A stretch of 64,000 nucleotides of DNA. It comes from Schmidtea nova. Taxonomy: Eukaryota. Shown in pieces: positions 17,821-60,182 of this stretch. The stretch covers positions 276,644,001 through 276,708,000 of the forward strand of contig CM097883.1 of NCBI GenBank assembly GCA_044892505.1. The letters run 5' to 3'. Every line of letters starts with the position of its first letter. Position 1 is the first letter of the stretch. A program made the translations under genes and the position numbers. The notes beneath the pieces are model-generated. The model worked only from the letters and a program-made list of their open reading frames with translations, did not search any database and was not told the DNA's origin.

Positions 17821-20449
17821 TTATTTTCCTAATGGAAAAGACATTGTTGGAGAGATTCGTCTTTACGTTTTCATGTGGTATTAATTTTTAATATATCAAA
17901 AATTATAAATTCGGATAAACTACATTTATTATAAATTAAATATCATTAATATAACACCTTGCCTTGGGCCAAGCCACTGTTCCCCAGTTGGGATGAAGTG
18001 ATCATGGATGGTTAAGCTATTCACCTGAACTCAGAAAAATGGACTGATCGATTTACGTATCGAACCAGCGATCCGCTCAGGCTACTTCCACCCGATCGGC
18101 ACAAGGCCAGACACAGGCTTCAGGGGGTATGGAAAAAAAAATTTTTATTTAGTTACTTTTATCATTTTTTAAAATAATATTGTGGATTTAACTCTCTGAG
18201 ATTTTGTGACAAACAAAAATAAAAAAAAAAAAAAATTATAAGTAAATATTTTAATATTCATTCGATAAAAATAGCATAACAATAATAATATAAAATTATA
18301 AACATATTACCGGTACGGGGTAATCAAACAGGCATGGTGTTCGATGACCCCGCGCCAATAAAAGAATAAGACTTACGAATAAATTAAAATTTATAAGTTT
18401 TCTTGAATAAAATTTCACAAAATTCTTAACAGCAAAATTTTTTCACAAATTCTGAATAGATTCCATTTTGATGGCGGTATATATACCGTCGATTTTCGTC
18501 ACCTTCACCAGTGTAATAAAACAAATTGTTCTAGAATTTTCCATTTAATTTTTCTAAATTAATTCTAATGATTTTCCGAAAATTAAATCCATATTTTTGT
18601 GTAATAATTTTTTACAAAACACAAATAATTTATTTTAATTCCAAATTTTTGTTTTTGAATCGAAATTTGTTCGATTTGATTTAATTTACGATATTTCGAT
18701 TAATATTAGTTCTTTTTATTGTTAATGTGAAATATTTTGATAAAATCACAATTTTCGGCTAAAATTTTTGTTAATTTTTTCTGCATGAAGGTTTTATAAC
18801 ACAATTCCGTTTTTTGGGTATTTTCAATGGGTTTTCCGCCTATTCTAACTTTTAAACGTTCTTCTTTTGATGGCATTTGATTTTTCTCGAGGTTTCAATG
18901 TAAGGGCTTTCAGACTCACAGCTAGCGCGTTCTCTACTGGTTGATGTGTTGTGAGTCCAATTCACCTTTTGTTGTTTTTCACTTAATTGCTTGGATTTTT
19001 AATGGATTTTTGGGTTAAAACTGAATCTTGCGCGCTCTCTACCTATGGGGTTATCGTTTTATTAAAACAGTTTGTGGTTTTTGCCCAACAATCCCATCCA
19101 AATTTCTGACTTTAGATGAGTTGGAATTTTTATTTTTTTAGTATTTAATTATTAGGTTAAAATCATTGAGAGGGTCATTGGAGACAAAATGCCAGAATGA
19201 AAGATTTTATCATTGTCAATATTAACTATCATTATCCACTTTAATTTTAAATATTTTGAATTTTTTAGTTTTTTTTAATTTTAAAATAAAATTTTAATAT
19301 CACGTATGAAAAATTTATTAATGCTTATAATAAAATTTATACTTATGCAAAAATAATATGTTGTCATCGATTATATAATAAAAATAAATTTACGTCATCG
19401 ATTACGCAATAAAAATATTGGGGAAGGGGTCGCTAGATTTAGATTGACTATGATTAATCGATTAAGTAATTTCCTTCATTGATGAACCCGTAATTCTACA
19501 TACTCCACCGTTTTTAACGCTACTTTTGTCACTATTTGGGCACAAACGAGTTTCAGTGTAATAATGGAAAGATAGAATTTAATTGTCTTCAAAATGGTTT
19601 GAGTCAAAATTTTTTATGTTGTGCAAATTACTGTGCACACATGTTTTGTAAATAATTTTGTAAGTTTTAACTATTTTAACTGAAATAACCTTCATGAGAT
19701 TTCATTACAAAATTGTATGTATAAAATTCAATTTCCTACAAAATTGTATATGTCGTTAAGCTTGTGGAGCATACGTGATTTTTAATTAATTTTATATTTT
19801 TCACCAATATATAATAAATGTATTGAGTTTTCATTGCAAATTGTATGTATGAAATTTAATATTTTACAAAAAGAATTTATTATATTGAGCGGAAACTAAA
19901 TCAAATTAATTTGGAAGTGAGGTTTACATAATCATGCTAGAAGTATACTTAAATATCTGAGCGAACACCAAATAAACAAAAACAAGTAAAAACACAGAAA
20001 AAATGAATTAAACCAAAGTTAGATTTGAATTGAACAAAAGCAAGAAGTAACTACAAGAAAACAAACTTAAATTCAAAAAATTTTATAAATAATTATCTTA
20101 ATTTTGAGAGTTTAAATATGAAAAATGTAAAAGTAAATTACAAAAATTAAGAGTAAAAAATATGTAAAATATAAACTTTTGATAAAATAAAATTTATTAG
20201 AAAAGAATGAAATGTTATGTAAAAATATAAACTAATTTTAGTATAAATTAAATATTTCGTTTTTAAATTAAATTAAATTAAACAGAAAAGAATCCTAGAA
20301 GCTTAAGTTTTATTGCATCAATTTAATTAAATGCTGTGAAAATTGTATAAATATAAATGAAAATTTCATTATTTTAACACTCTTGAGAATTGTAGAAATT
20401 TAAGCAAAGGATTAAGATTCTTTCAGAAAAAATTGAAGGTACTTTAAAC

Positions 20450-22010
20450 AAAAGATTAACACCTCTCACAAGCTGAAGGGAAGGTTTTGAAGGCTTATCG
20501 CTGTTCAAATTTCTGTAGAGACGATATCATTCTGATAATACAAGGTATGTCTTCTTAATGTTTTGCTCGTCCTCTTATTATTTTCTGCACCGGTTTATGC
20601 CACGGTTATTCATGTTGTTCATGTTCATATGATATTCAATAAATGCTATTCGATGACCGAAACATTATCGGTGAAAGAATGAAATCAATGCATGCACCAA
20701 AATGAATTTTTTTGTTTTGCTATTTTTCTTGACCTTCCGAATCATTAACTCACTGTGAGTATCTCCAGATTGTCTTGATACAGGCACATCCATGTTGGTT
20801 TACGAGTGAAGAGTGTATTCTCTCAAACTGTCCGACTTAATGCGGTCAACGTGATATCGAAGCTCATACTTACATACATGTAAGAAATGACTGAAGAATC
20901 ATCCACAATGCTGTTATATTAAAAATTGCTTCTTTACAAATTAATTTTTTTTTAATTAAAATATCCTACTAAGTATGAAAAACATGCACTGTTACAAATA
21001 TTTTGTGTAAAATTATGTCCACAAAGATGACAGAGATATTATCGAAATGTAAGAATGAGAGTAAAGAGAGTACTTTCAAGAGTGGCAGCAAACAGAATCT
21101 GTGTTGAAATAATAATTAGACAAATTTGTCCCTGCCTCAATCAATAAACCGAAAACAGCAGAAACTTTCATGATGAGCTTCAATTCATTCATTGTGCATA
21201 TAAAACCCCAAAGGCTTTAACTCTTTTTCTTCTTATCTCATTTACATCCATACTAGCATTTTTGTCAAATTTAGGTCAACACAATAACCTCACTCAAATC
21301 ATTTTACCAAAACCCAAACTCAAAAAACCTTTCAATCAAAACGCCCTTAATTCTCTAAACCCCAAATGATTGTATGCACACAGATGCACTACACCAGAAA
21401 ACTACTATCACAAAACGTACATATGTGTAACTCAAAATGCACAAATGCGCATTGACTCCATATAGCTAGTGTTTCAAAAATACTTCTTGGCTTTTTCGTC
21501 GAATTTACTGTTGGTGTATGTGGTTGTTTATAGGGATTACGGTAACCCACACACCATCATGAAAATGTTAAAATCTCCCTCACTCATGTATCCATAGTAA
21601 TTCTATGGTAATCTATGTTGGTAATGTACACAGTGGTGCAAAGATTCAATGAACTGATGAGCTTCATTGCCAAAATTACTCCTCATTGTATTCTCTTTCG
21701 CTTTCCTGCTACCGATAGAAGGTCTTTACTTTATCTTTTCAAAGGTCCTCTTGCTTTATCAACTCGTGACTTTCTATAACATCGCTTTATGATATCTAAC
21801 ATCTACACATATCTATTCCCAAAAATATTTGAATAACATCACGTCTATTCCTCCTGGTTCAACTCCCAATTACACCCTGTAATTTACATTTTCCTAGTAA
21901 ATCAATATAATTTAATACGCGATGGTCAGAAGACTCGACCCGACAATTCAAGAATCTCCACCAATCGGAAACTCATCACCTGAGTTGTCAGAGCTCCTCC
22001 ATAATCAGTT
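20450..22010 (-). pseudogene. Highly decayed piggyBac (PGBD4-like) transposase remnant
   Basis: Fragments across frames in the expected order: acidic N-terminus near 22000, FNIFMMV..LP and ..VHF near 21600-21430, FTDNVSVIE..LL...GAENNKR near 20680-20570; many stops. Confidence 0.45.
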
Positions 22011-23539
22011 TAATTCGGGACAATCAAATTGAGATAGAGCAAAAATGATATTTCAAATATTTATTACCAAAACTAAATAGTTACATTATATACAACAAAA
22101 CATAAAACATATGTATTAGTTCGATTTGTTCCGCAAGAATCAATAAATTACCACTGGTGCTGGCTGGTAGAGTAGTTGTCCAAAGTTCCACAGTTAAAAA
22201 TTGGTTCCAAAAATTGGTTGTTTTAATTTGGTTAAAATAATGATTTCGGAGGCTTTTTATACTAATTTTGTATTACGCCTAGGCCTTTGCTTATTAAATT
22301 AAAATATTTATAATTTAATTTATATATTTATTTTTATATTTAAATTATTTATTTTTATAAATGAATTATTTATTTATTTTTCAATAAATTTAGTTTTACA
22401 ATAAATTTAATTAATTTTCTAAATATTTATTTTTAAGTTCTAATAAATTATGCATGTATCCAATATGGGTTGCTTTTGTGTGCGAAAATTGATTAAATAA
22501 TCAAATTTTCCTTCTTTTAATCCTATCTCTGTAATTTTAACTATTTTTAATGGGTATTTCTTCTAAAATTTTTAATAAATTATTCTTTTTATTTTAATAC
22601 TGATTTTATTCTTCGATCATACTTATCCAAGCAATAATCTTCACCATTCAATTTTCGTGCAATCTTTCGTATGTAAATTCGAGTTGCCCTCAAATTGTGT
22701 GCTCTCTTTTAAGGATGCTTCTTTTTTATACCTAACTCGATCGAATTATAAAATGCGGTTCGCGTGCCTAATATTTGTGCGTTAATATTTTATATTTTTT
22801 GTGTGTTTTTTCTGCTTAATGCTCGTATGTATTATCGCGAGCTTTGAATTCGCTTCTTTTTGAGTAATTATCTTTGGACTTATTAAAACAAATATCTTGA
22901 CTTCTCTTCTACCAGCCCAATACTACCAGTCAGTAATTGATTATTTGTCAGTATCTATTTTTCAGCGTGTCTCAGTTAGTATTCACTTTCCGTTGATTCT
23001 AACCAATCTTATAAGCAAATGTTTAATAAAACATATTTTGACAAACATTCCATTAAATACGTAGTTATTTTTGAAACAGTAATAATATTTTGATTTTCGT
23101 CGTGATCGTCAATTCAATCAGATTTATTTAATAAAGACAACATCGATAATAATTTTTATTTAAATCTACACCCACAATAAAGAATATCAAAATATTAATT
23201 ATTTCTAAAATCTACATAACTAACACATAATTAATTTTTAATCAAAATTTAATAAATATATTTAAGTTAAAGATAAAATTAGCAATATGAAATTAAATCC
23301 AAATTAAAAATTAAAAATGAACACAATTTAAATAAAACGTTTACATTAACAGATGAAAAATTCCATATCTATACAACTTTTTAACTTTTATTGTGAATTT
23401 ATTTTTAATATTTGTTTTATTTCGTAAATATTTGTTACATTTTCAATATCTTAAAATCGTAATCATTTTTTCAAAAGATTTATCCAAATACTATATTAAT
23501 ATTGCATAATTATTAATATTGCATAAAAACTACATTTGG

Positions 23540-51008
<27,469 letters not shown>

Positions 51009-52267
51009 TTTATTTGAATATGGATCGATTAATCTAATTTTTAGTGTTGTTATGTTGCGCGCATATGTGATGAATTCGTATTGTCATCAGCATTCCTTGT
51101 CTAGCGGGCAGTCCAATAATAATGTGATAATTATGCTATTGGCCCATTCTTGATTTGGTTTTGGACAATAATATAAAATGATATTTCTTTTTCTGGTGCG
51201 ATACTGTTGTGCTGTGATGCGTGTGTGACTGATTGGTTGACTTTGTTGCGATTATGGATTTCGTCCTTAATTTTTTGTTTTGTTTAAATTTAATTTTAGT
51301 GAATTCAGTCTTGGAAAGTCATTGTCAAAAATGATTTGCATTATTTTGCTGTTTGACTTCGTTGTTTTGAAAAGATTATAAACTTCTAGGCCGAGAATTG
51401 AGTTATCGCATGAAAAGTAGGTGTAATTTATATTTATTGGTTGAATTTACGTGAAATTAAGTACTCTGAAAATGTCTATATTTTTTGCATTATTGGAGTT
51501 GATTTTCAATTCGAATTTGTTTTTTGGCGATATCAAAATATCCGTGTTTTATTCATACATTGAAATAAGTGCAATAGAAAAAAATGCTTTGATATTACCT
51601 CATATTTTTGTATACGGCTGGTTAGATATTATGTACAATCGGGAATTGTCCGATTTGCCAAAGCTCGTCAATTACGGGATTGATAAACAAAACTAAATGA
51701 AACTTACAATAATTAATTACAATTAAACATCAGGTCCTTGTTTTCCAACAAGATTAAAAAACACTGATATCATTTGAATTCTGTTCTGCGCTTAGTTGAT
51801 CATAAATTTAATTCTATTAAATTTTTAAACATGATTTTTGTGCAAATTGAACGTTGGTGGATGATTTGTACTTAGGTATATGTAGAAACTCGAGTATACA
51901 GTGAGGTTGTTGTGACAAAAAGTTAGGTAAAGCTTGTGGTTGGAGACACTAGAAATAAAACTGTCAATACATTTAAGCGTTGAGGTTGCATTCATTCATA
52001 AAATAACGCGATCCACAAGTTTTAATCTAATTTTGTGTCACTAAAAATCGAGTATTTACGGAAGTCTCGAAAGCTAATCATTGTTATGAAATTGTGAATC
52101 TTTTGTAAAATTTGGCTTTTTGTTCTGGATTTTAATGATGTCAGTTTATGTTTTTTCAGTGTTCATAATAATTTCTGGTTCTATTTTTAGTGTGTTCATT
52201 AAGTCAGTTAGACGTACTTCTTCTATTTAAGTAGCATCACATTGTATCTAGATTGTTTTGAATACTA

Positions 52268-52644
52268 CGTGGTGCGGTCAAAAAGTTTCCGGCCTACCCT
52301 ACTTAACAAATTGATTTTTTAATGGAAATAGGCTTATTTTATTGGAAATTTATTTACAATTTCATGTTGAAAATCTTATTGAACTAATCCATTTACTTTA
52401 TCTGTAGCAGATGGAAATGTCGTTGCAAGTGCATTCGCTGGAAAAATTGAGTGTCGCAGTGCTATTTGTTTTTGTGTTCTTCTCGGCCAAACCAACCAGG
52501 AAATCATGGCAAATCTGAATCGAGTCTATGGAGAAAAGTGTCCCTCTCAGTCTACCATCAAGTTTTGGATTGCTGAATTTAAAAGGGGTCGGCAAAGTGT
52601 TACTTTTTTCTGGGGTAGGCCGGAAACTTTTTGACAGCACCAAG
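52268..52644 (+). mobile_element. Internally deleted mariner (MITE-like)
   Basis: 31-bp TIRs C(G/T)TGGTGC(G/T)GTCAAAAAGTTTCCGGCCTACC, TA flanks; HTH fragment EIMANLNRVYGEKCPSQSTIKFWIAEFKRGR. Confidence 0.9.
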
Positions 52645-55192
52645 TATATTTATGGAGAAGGAAATGTGTCTGGTCGTAAAACCGCAGACATTTGTTGGTA
52701 TTGTTAAAATAAACAAAATCAATTTAAAATGCACAAATCAATAAAAATACGAAAAATGATAATTAAAATGCAAACATTAATTAAAAATTTATGATATTCA
52801 AAAATAAAGAAGGGGAAACTGGTATGGGGTATGCCATATGATGAGACGAATTCAAATATAAGTATATAAAATTAAAAAGGGAACCCGGCAAAAATATGAA
52901 AAATTTCCAAATTACTTACTTTTTAGGAAACCCGGGGCATCAACAAATCTATTAATTAAAATAAATGGACTAATTGAAGGGTGCCCCGAGGAAAGAAGCC
53001 GCAAACCCACTTAGCGGCAACTCCTTATTTAGTTGATTAATTGAAGGGTCTATTAAGGCGTGCCAAAACTAATCGAAAAATTACTATAAAATGAAAGTCA
53101 AAATTGCCGTACTCGCCAGGTGGTCGAAGAAAATTTTAAAAGAAATGAGCGAGAAATCTGAAAGGTGGAAAAGAAAGCTGAAACGATAATATGTTTAAAG
53201 TATCGATCTATCAATTTCTTGCGTACCAGAAAGGGAGATATCCCATTGGGTCTTCTACCTTAGTGCAGAGTACAGAACATTTATTACTTTCTGTGATTTA
53301 GAGTGTTGATATTGAATCGAAAAAATAGAAATTATTGTGTTGCGTCTAATTTATTTTGTGAACGAAAGAACACCGGAGTCTGATACTAATCGACTACTCA
53401 TTAATAACTCAACACATTTATGTTTGCATGTTTGATATTGCTGTCTTTCTAAATCCTTATTTTAACGGTGCAGAAATTATAAAAGTAGGCTGGATTTGGT
53501 TAGGTAAATCTGTTTGATTTTTGAAGAAAGTTTTAGTCATTTACGAAAGGTTCTCTTATAATTGTTGTATATCTGTTAATGTGTTTCTGATGTTTCTAAT
53601 GATTGCGTATATCATTTTTTAACGTGGGAGGATATTTTAGGTACCATAGCAGGATGTTATTTTAGAGTGATCAAATAATTGTTGATTTCACCAATAGGTA
53701 CTCGTTGCAAGCAAAGTTAATTAATGAACGCTGCATCCAGAACTATATTTGCTAGAGTAATCTCTTCGGGTTCACGACCTGCCGATAGAAGACATGAACT
53801 CGATTTCGATGTTATGTCCCTTTTTAATTACAAAGTGTTTTTACCATTAATAAATCTAGCTATTTTTATCATACTATTGATTTAGTCAGAAGACGAATAA
53901 AAATTCATGTTAACAAATTCGTGGTGGGTTGTTGATCGTCAATATGACCTTGACGTTGCTATGGCTCACATCAACAACTCAACATACTAAACATTAGATT
54001 AACCATCTTGTTGCCAGTCACACTGTAACGTTGGTAATGCAACAAATGGGTGGGTATTCGCAATCAGTCAGCGTCGAAAATTCGAAACTATGATTGACCG
54101 AATATCTCCTGGGTCCAAGGGCTACCGATAGAAGGTTTAATGCCCAATTTGTCCTTTGTTCAACGATTTAACTGCAGATATATATTTAATTAACAAAAAT
54201 GAGCTAATTTCATCAATTAAAATTTATTAATTTGTCCCAATTAATCATTATGCACGGTATTATCTAAATTCTCGGGAATTTTCGCACATTCACTCTATTC
54301 ATAAGCTCGTACTCAAACATCATCACAAACTCAATTCGGGAATCAATTATTCTTTAGAAAAATACACATAGTTGGAATATTCACTATTTAGACTCGAATT
54401 TTATTATTCTCGTGATTTTTCTAAATTATTATGTTTTTAATATTAAAACTCTACGTAAATTTTATTTACAGCATTGTCCTATTGTATATCTTGCTTATAA
54501 ATTAGGATAATGAATTTTAATTAAAATTATCTTTTTGAGTTTTAAAACTTTGCCGAGGCCTTAGTAACGACTTTGATTCAGTAAAACTTTCCCTATACAG
54601 TTTTTAGACATCGCATTTTGGTGTTTTTAACATTATTTAAATTTTTAATCTCAATTAAAATTAAACAAGAATTCAAAAAAAAAATTTATTTATTAGTGAG
54701 TATTTTTAAAATACTCTTGTTTAAAATAATTTTAAAAAATCAACTTCAAACAAACGCAACTTGATTGGTTGGCGTTTATATTATGGCATTTTAATAGTAT
54801 ATGATGATCGATTTTCCGTCTCCATTCGTAATTTTTCACTAAAAATAGGTAAATATAAAAGTTCAGGGTTTTATTTCCTTTATTTATTTCTATTTTCTTT
54901 TTAAAGTCAAAACAGAGTATCATCAGCGTCTGAAACGGAAATCCCAATGGAAATCTCCCTGTCAACATCACATTTGACATTTTCTCGATAAAGAAAAATC
55001 TCTGGAGTTTATGCCAATCGCATCGATAATCAGAAACGGGAGGTTCCGAATTAAATGAAGGTTGATCATTTTGGCCCTTCTCACAAGGGAGATCATGGAG
55101 AATCCTAGCTTCGACGGGAAAAATTCGGAACTATTTTCAATGCCCTTGATCTAATGAACAGATGACATTTGTTAACTTGATTTTACTAATTA

Positions 55193-57104
55193 CCGTATTT
55201 TCGCGCATATAACCCGCATACGCGTATAATCCGCACACACGTATAACCCGCACAAATTACATAATAAGTAAAATAAAATCGTATAGCCCGCACCTATGTA
55301 TACCCCGCATATGTACAAGGTTAACTAATCATTAATCATTAACTAATCATTAGCATTCATTATAGATATTCAGTAGTGTTTGTTACGTCTAAAAATGCCA
55401 AAGCGGAAGTCTTATACCGCTGATTTTAAGCTACAAGTTTGTGCGCTTGCTGCTACAATAGGCAATAGAGTAGCTGGGAGGCAGTATGCTGTTGATAAAA
55501 AATCTATTCGTTAATGGCAAAAAGACATTAAAAGTTTAGAGCAGATTAATCCACGCAAAAGAGCTCGTCGATGGGGAAAGGTTAGAGGGCCGCAGCTTGA
55601 GACAAACCTTTCAGCATGGGTTCGCTCTCAGCGTGAGAACAACAGGGCAGTGTCAACAGTTGGTATTAAATTGAAAGCGAAAATAATGGCTGCTGAAATG
55701 AAGATATATAATTTCACTGGTGGCATCAACTTGGTTTTAAAATTCATGAGACGTAATCAACTTTCCGTTCGTGCACGCACAACGGTTGGCCAGAAACTGC
55801 CAGAGAATTGGGAAAAGAAAGTAGACGACTTTCAGGAATTTGTTAGAAGAGATATTGCAGAACAGAACTTAAATCCTTGCGATGTCATTAACATGGATGA
55901 GGTGCCTATTTCTTTTGATATTCCAGCAACTCGCACTGTCGCAGATACTGGTTCTAAAACGGTTCCTATTACCACAACCGGACATGAGCGCACATGTTTC
56001 ACAGTTGTCCTGGCATACTCAGCTGCTGGTGAGAAGTTGAAACCAATGGTTATATTCAAACGAGTGACAATGCCACGTGAGAAACTGCCACAAGGAGTGA
56101 TTGTTGTGTGCAACAAAAAAGGATGGATGAACACTGGTGTGATGAAAGAGTGGATTGAAAGATGCTATCGTGCTAGACAGGGTGGATTCTTTATGCCAAA
56201 ATCGTTGTTAAGTTTTGATGCAATGGCTGCACACAAAGAGACATCTGTTCACAAACAGATCAATAAGACTGGTGCTCACATTTCTGTCATTCCAGGCGGT
56301 TTAACATGTAAGCTTCAGCCACTTAATATTGCTGTTAATCATCCATTCAAGTGTTTTGTCCACAATGAATGGGAAAAATGGATGAGTGAAGGCGAACACA
56401 CATTCATACTAGCTGGAAAGCAGAGACGTGCTACGTACGTTGAAGTATGCAAATGGGTTCTGGCAGCGTGGCAGCAAATCAGCACAGAAACTATTCGCAA
56501 CGGTTTCATTAAGGCTGGCCTGCTAACGGTGACCAGTAGTGAAGTTAATGCAGAGCCAGCAGTAGAGGAATGTTTCGATTCAGCTGACGATGATGATAGT
56601 GATGAAGAGTCAATTTATGACCAAGGTACTGCTGCCAACATGCTTCGGTTCCTTGATGAAGACAGTGAATATGATACAAGTTTCGATTGCTTCACTAACT
56701 GTAGCGAGGACAGTGACAGTAATGGTGATTGATTATGAATGTATTGCATGAAATGTGGACTATAGGTTTGGACATTACTGCCGAATTGGTTTACTTGCTT
56801 ACTTATGGCAATTGATTATATTAAATGTTCTCTGCCACATCCGTATAACTTGTTTTCTAAACGTGTATTATTTGTAAATTTTCTTCTAATGAGATGTTCA
56901 TAAAGTTATTCGTTTTACATTTGAGAACCACACAGCGAAACTACAGATTTTAACACAGTGGATAAATGCGTGAACCTCTATTGAAGGTAAAAGTTTTATG
57001 AGTAAAATTATTTTTGAAAACCCCGCACCCTTGCATACCCCGCACAGCGACAGTTTGTTTGTAAAAACTTGTATAACCCATGGGTTATATGAGCGAAAAT
57101 ACGG
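55193..57104 (+). mobile_element. Full-length pogo-family (POGK-like) DNA transposon, inactivated
   Basis: 23-bp TIRs CCGTATTTTCGC(G/T)CATATAACCC, TA TSD. Confidence 0.93.
55395..56732 (+). pseudogene. pogo transposase (Brk-type DBD, CENP-B HTH, DDE_1) with a premature stop
   Basis: MPKRKSYTADFKLQV...; TAA at 55512-55514; NMDEVP, SFDAMAAH, and LQPLN in place of QPLD. Confidence 0.9.
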
Positions 57105-57744
57105 TAATAAATTTTTCGTAGTTCATAAATAAAATTTTAAAGATTCTTATTTTCTTATGTCGATTTTTATGTTTCGTTTCTATGGCGATAACTGGAGTAT
57201 CTTAATTCGGAAAATGTAAAGGATAGCTTGTCCAGAACTAAGCTTTTTGTGAATGGTTGTTGAGGGAAACTATTATTTTACCTTCGAATGTATAAAAGTA
57301 AGATTTTTGACAAAATGTTTGAAGGCAGGATGCGATATGTGAGGTATGGATGTATGAATTTGTATGTGTGGTATGAGATTTGGATGTAGATTGTTGATTT
57401 CATGTTTGTGTGTATGTATATTATTTTAAATTTAAGATAAATATCCTATTGTTGTGAATGTATGTGATGGTGTGTCGGTGAAATAAGTAATTCAGTGATG
57501 GATGTGAATGCTTGTACAAATTCTGGATGTATGGTGAATGGATGTAGTGTCTATTGTAGGGTCTAGTATAGGGGATCTTATTGATTGAAATGTGGTAGTG
57601 TGTGTGTGTTGGGAATTGAATGTATTTTTGTATTGTATTAGGTATGGGTGTTACTAATGAATGAAATGGATGTAAGGTTTTGCAAATATGGATGCATTAT
57701 GATTTTTGTGATATCGTGGGGGGGGGGTATTTTATAAAATAATA

Positions 57745-57932
57745 NNNNNNNNNNNNNNNNNNNNNNNNNNNNNNNNNNNNNNNNNNNNNNNNNNNNNNNN
57801 NNNNNNNNNNNNNNNNNNNNNNNNNNNNNNNNNNNNNNNNNNNNNNNNNNNNNNNNNNNNNNNNNNNNNNNNNNNNNNNNNNNNNNNNNNNNNNNNNNNN
57901 NNNNNNNNNNNNNNNNNNNNNNNNNNNNNNNN
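57745..57932. other. Assembly gap (N run)
   Basis: Run of N. Confidence 0.99.
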
Positions 57933-58009
57933 TAAATTTATAATTTTATAAAAGTTATATAATAATAAAATTTCTAATATAAATTTTTGAATTCTAATTT
58001 TTATATTTT

Positions 58010-58011
58010 AA

Positions 58012-58075
<64 letters not shown>
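58010..58075. repeat. (TA)n microsatellite; others at ~37545-37575, 43070-43102, 44806-44880; (AAT)n at ~60340-60396
   Basis: Direct reading. Confidence 0.95.
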
Positions 58076-58077
<2 letters not shown>

Positions 58078-60182
58078 ATTGTAAATTTTCTACGAAATTT
58101 CAAATTTCAAATTTTATAAAATGATAAAATTTTTAATATAATAATACATTTTTTAACTTATAAATTTTCACGTTTGATACAAGAATTTCTAGGAAAAATT
58201 TTTTTTATAATTTTTATATTATAATTTTTACATAACATAATATCTATAAAAGTAAAATTTTATTTTTATAACCAAATTTAAAAATTTTATAAAATTCATA
58301 CCATAATAAAATTCTCTACACAAATCTAAATAATAAAAAAATTATATATCAGCTTCGAAAATAAATTATAAATTTTTACAAAAGTCTTCAGTTTAATGAA
58401 GTTCAAATAGATGAAATCAATTCCTATTCACATGTTCGAAGCATTCCTAATAATCATTGAGCTGTTGTTTTCGAGAAATCTTTGTAATTTTATATAATTC
58501 TATGAGGTTTAATTTTTTATAAATCGACAATTATTCACTTCTCTGTCATGATCTAAATAACTATATTGATCTTTAAGCATCTGTTTTTAACAATTTTCAC
58601 AATTTCAACTTCCATTTGGATCATAAGTTCTGAGGAGATAAGAAGGTTTTTGCGAAAGCGAAGGCGAATATCGAGCTGTGTGTTTTATACTAATGTTGGG
58701 CTATTATTCTGTTAAGATCGGCTTACTGACCTGACTCCTCGTGCTCTTTAATTATCAAAATCAATGAACCCAACACAGAACAATCTTTTTATTCACGATC
58801 AACACAAATTACAAATTTTTTTATACACACTTTTGGTCAATTTACGCTTTCTGTTGGATTCGGATTTGACTCTTTAGTTAAAAGGATACTTTCTCACTTT
58901 GTCTGTTTGATTTCTTCAGGATCTTTCTTTATTTGTTTTCGAAACTTTTTAATATTCTCCTTTTTTAACTATCAACTCGTCGGCTCCGTCCTCTGTTTTG
59001 CGCTGCCTTTTAGAGTTCTCGCAAAGAGCAATTAGGTTTTATCGATACCTAAAGGTTAACCAATCTCGGGTTTAATTGTTTTGCTAACCAATTATTTTAA
59101 TTATCCTTGGATGGATTTTTCCTAATTGACCCGACTTTGATCTCTCGGGTCTCTTTGCGCTTGGGCTTTCCTTATCGCTCGGGTTTCCCATTGCCTCGGA
59201 CTTCCCATTGTCTCGGACTTCCCATTGAGCGATTAATTAATTTTAATTAGTTTGTTTTTATTAAATAACTTTCTCTGGGGACCCCTTACTAAATTTATAT
59301 TATTATTTTTGGGTTTGTCTTTTGATTTGGCATTCAACCATACCCATTTTCCCCACTGAATATTAATTTTAAATTTTTGATAAATTTTAATTAATTTTTG
59401 CACTTTTATTTATTTTACTTTTGTGATTTTTATATTAACCCCAACATATCTCACCCCTTTATTTAAGATTCGTCCTCGAATCTATCTTTTCATATATTAG
59501 ACTGGTAGAGTCCACTCAATACCATAAATTTGTATAATAAAATTTTGATTATAAATAAGGTGGTAGAGTAATCTCAATACCAACTACAATATTATACAAT
59601 TAAATATAATAATATTAAATGCTAGTAATAATAGCAGCAATAATAATAACTAATATTAAATGATGATACTTCCAATAACCATATATTTATATACTTATAC
59701 TAATAATAATGATAGCAATAGGATAAAAATAATTATTGTTGATAATAATAATAGTAATACAAATTATTTATTATTTTTTTTGATAATTTTATATTGATGA
59801 TAAGAATAAAAGAATAATAATTAATAATAAGGACAACTTAAATGATAATAATTTTTTAAAAAAATTTTAATTTGATAATAATAATAATAAAAATCAATTT
59901 TTTTGCAATAATACTAATAATAATAATAATCATTATTTTTCCCATTATAATAAGAATAATAATAATTTTTTTTTGTAATTATAATGATAATAATTGTAGC
60001 TACTAATAATTTTAATTATAACTTATAATAATTTTTTATAATAATAATAATTATAAATAAAGTTTTATAATAATTATAATAACTATACTTTACTCATAGC
60101 AATAATTAATTAATAATCTTAATAATAATAATAAAAATAATAATATCATAATTATCTTTTTTCACCTTTGATCTTTTTTTAT

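Larger units (their letters stand above)
53924..58690. repeat. Copy B of the unclassified dispersed repeat, interrupted by a pogo element and a gap
   Basis: Blocks collinear with 15606-17820 lie on both sides of the 55193-57104 insertion. Confidence 0.65.

Noticed and set aside
18300-19150. Faint integrase-like fragments on the - strand (QKFGWDCWAK..NC; YRHQNG)
   Set aside because: Too short and interrupted to distinguish from chance.
54850-55150. Possible Penelope-type RT thumb fragment (NGNLP / LTFLD)
   Set aside because: Needs frame changes, and no GIY-YIG or core RT motifs were found nearby.
59178-59228. Three 17-bp repeats CTCGG(A/G)(C/T)TTCCCATTG as a CRISPR-like array
   Set aside because: Direct tandem units without spacers, in a eukaryotic context with no cas genes.
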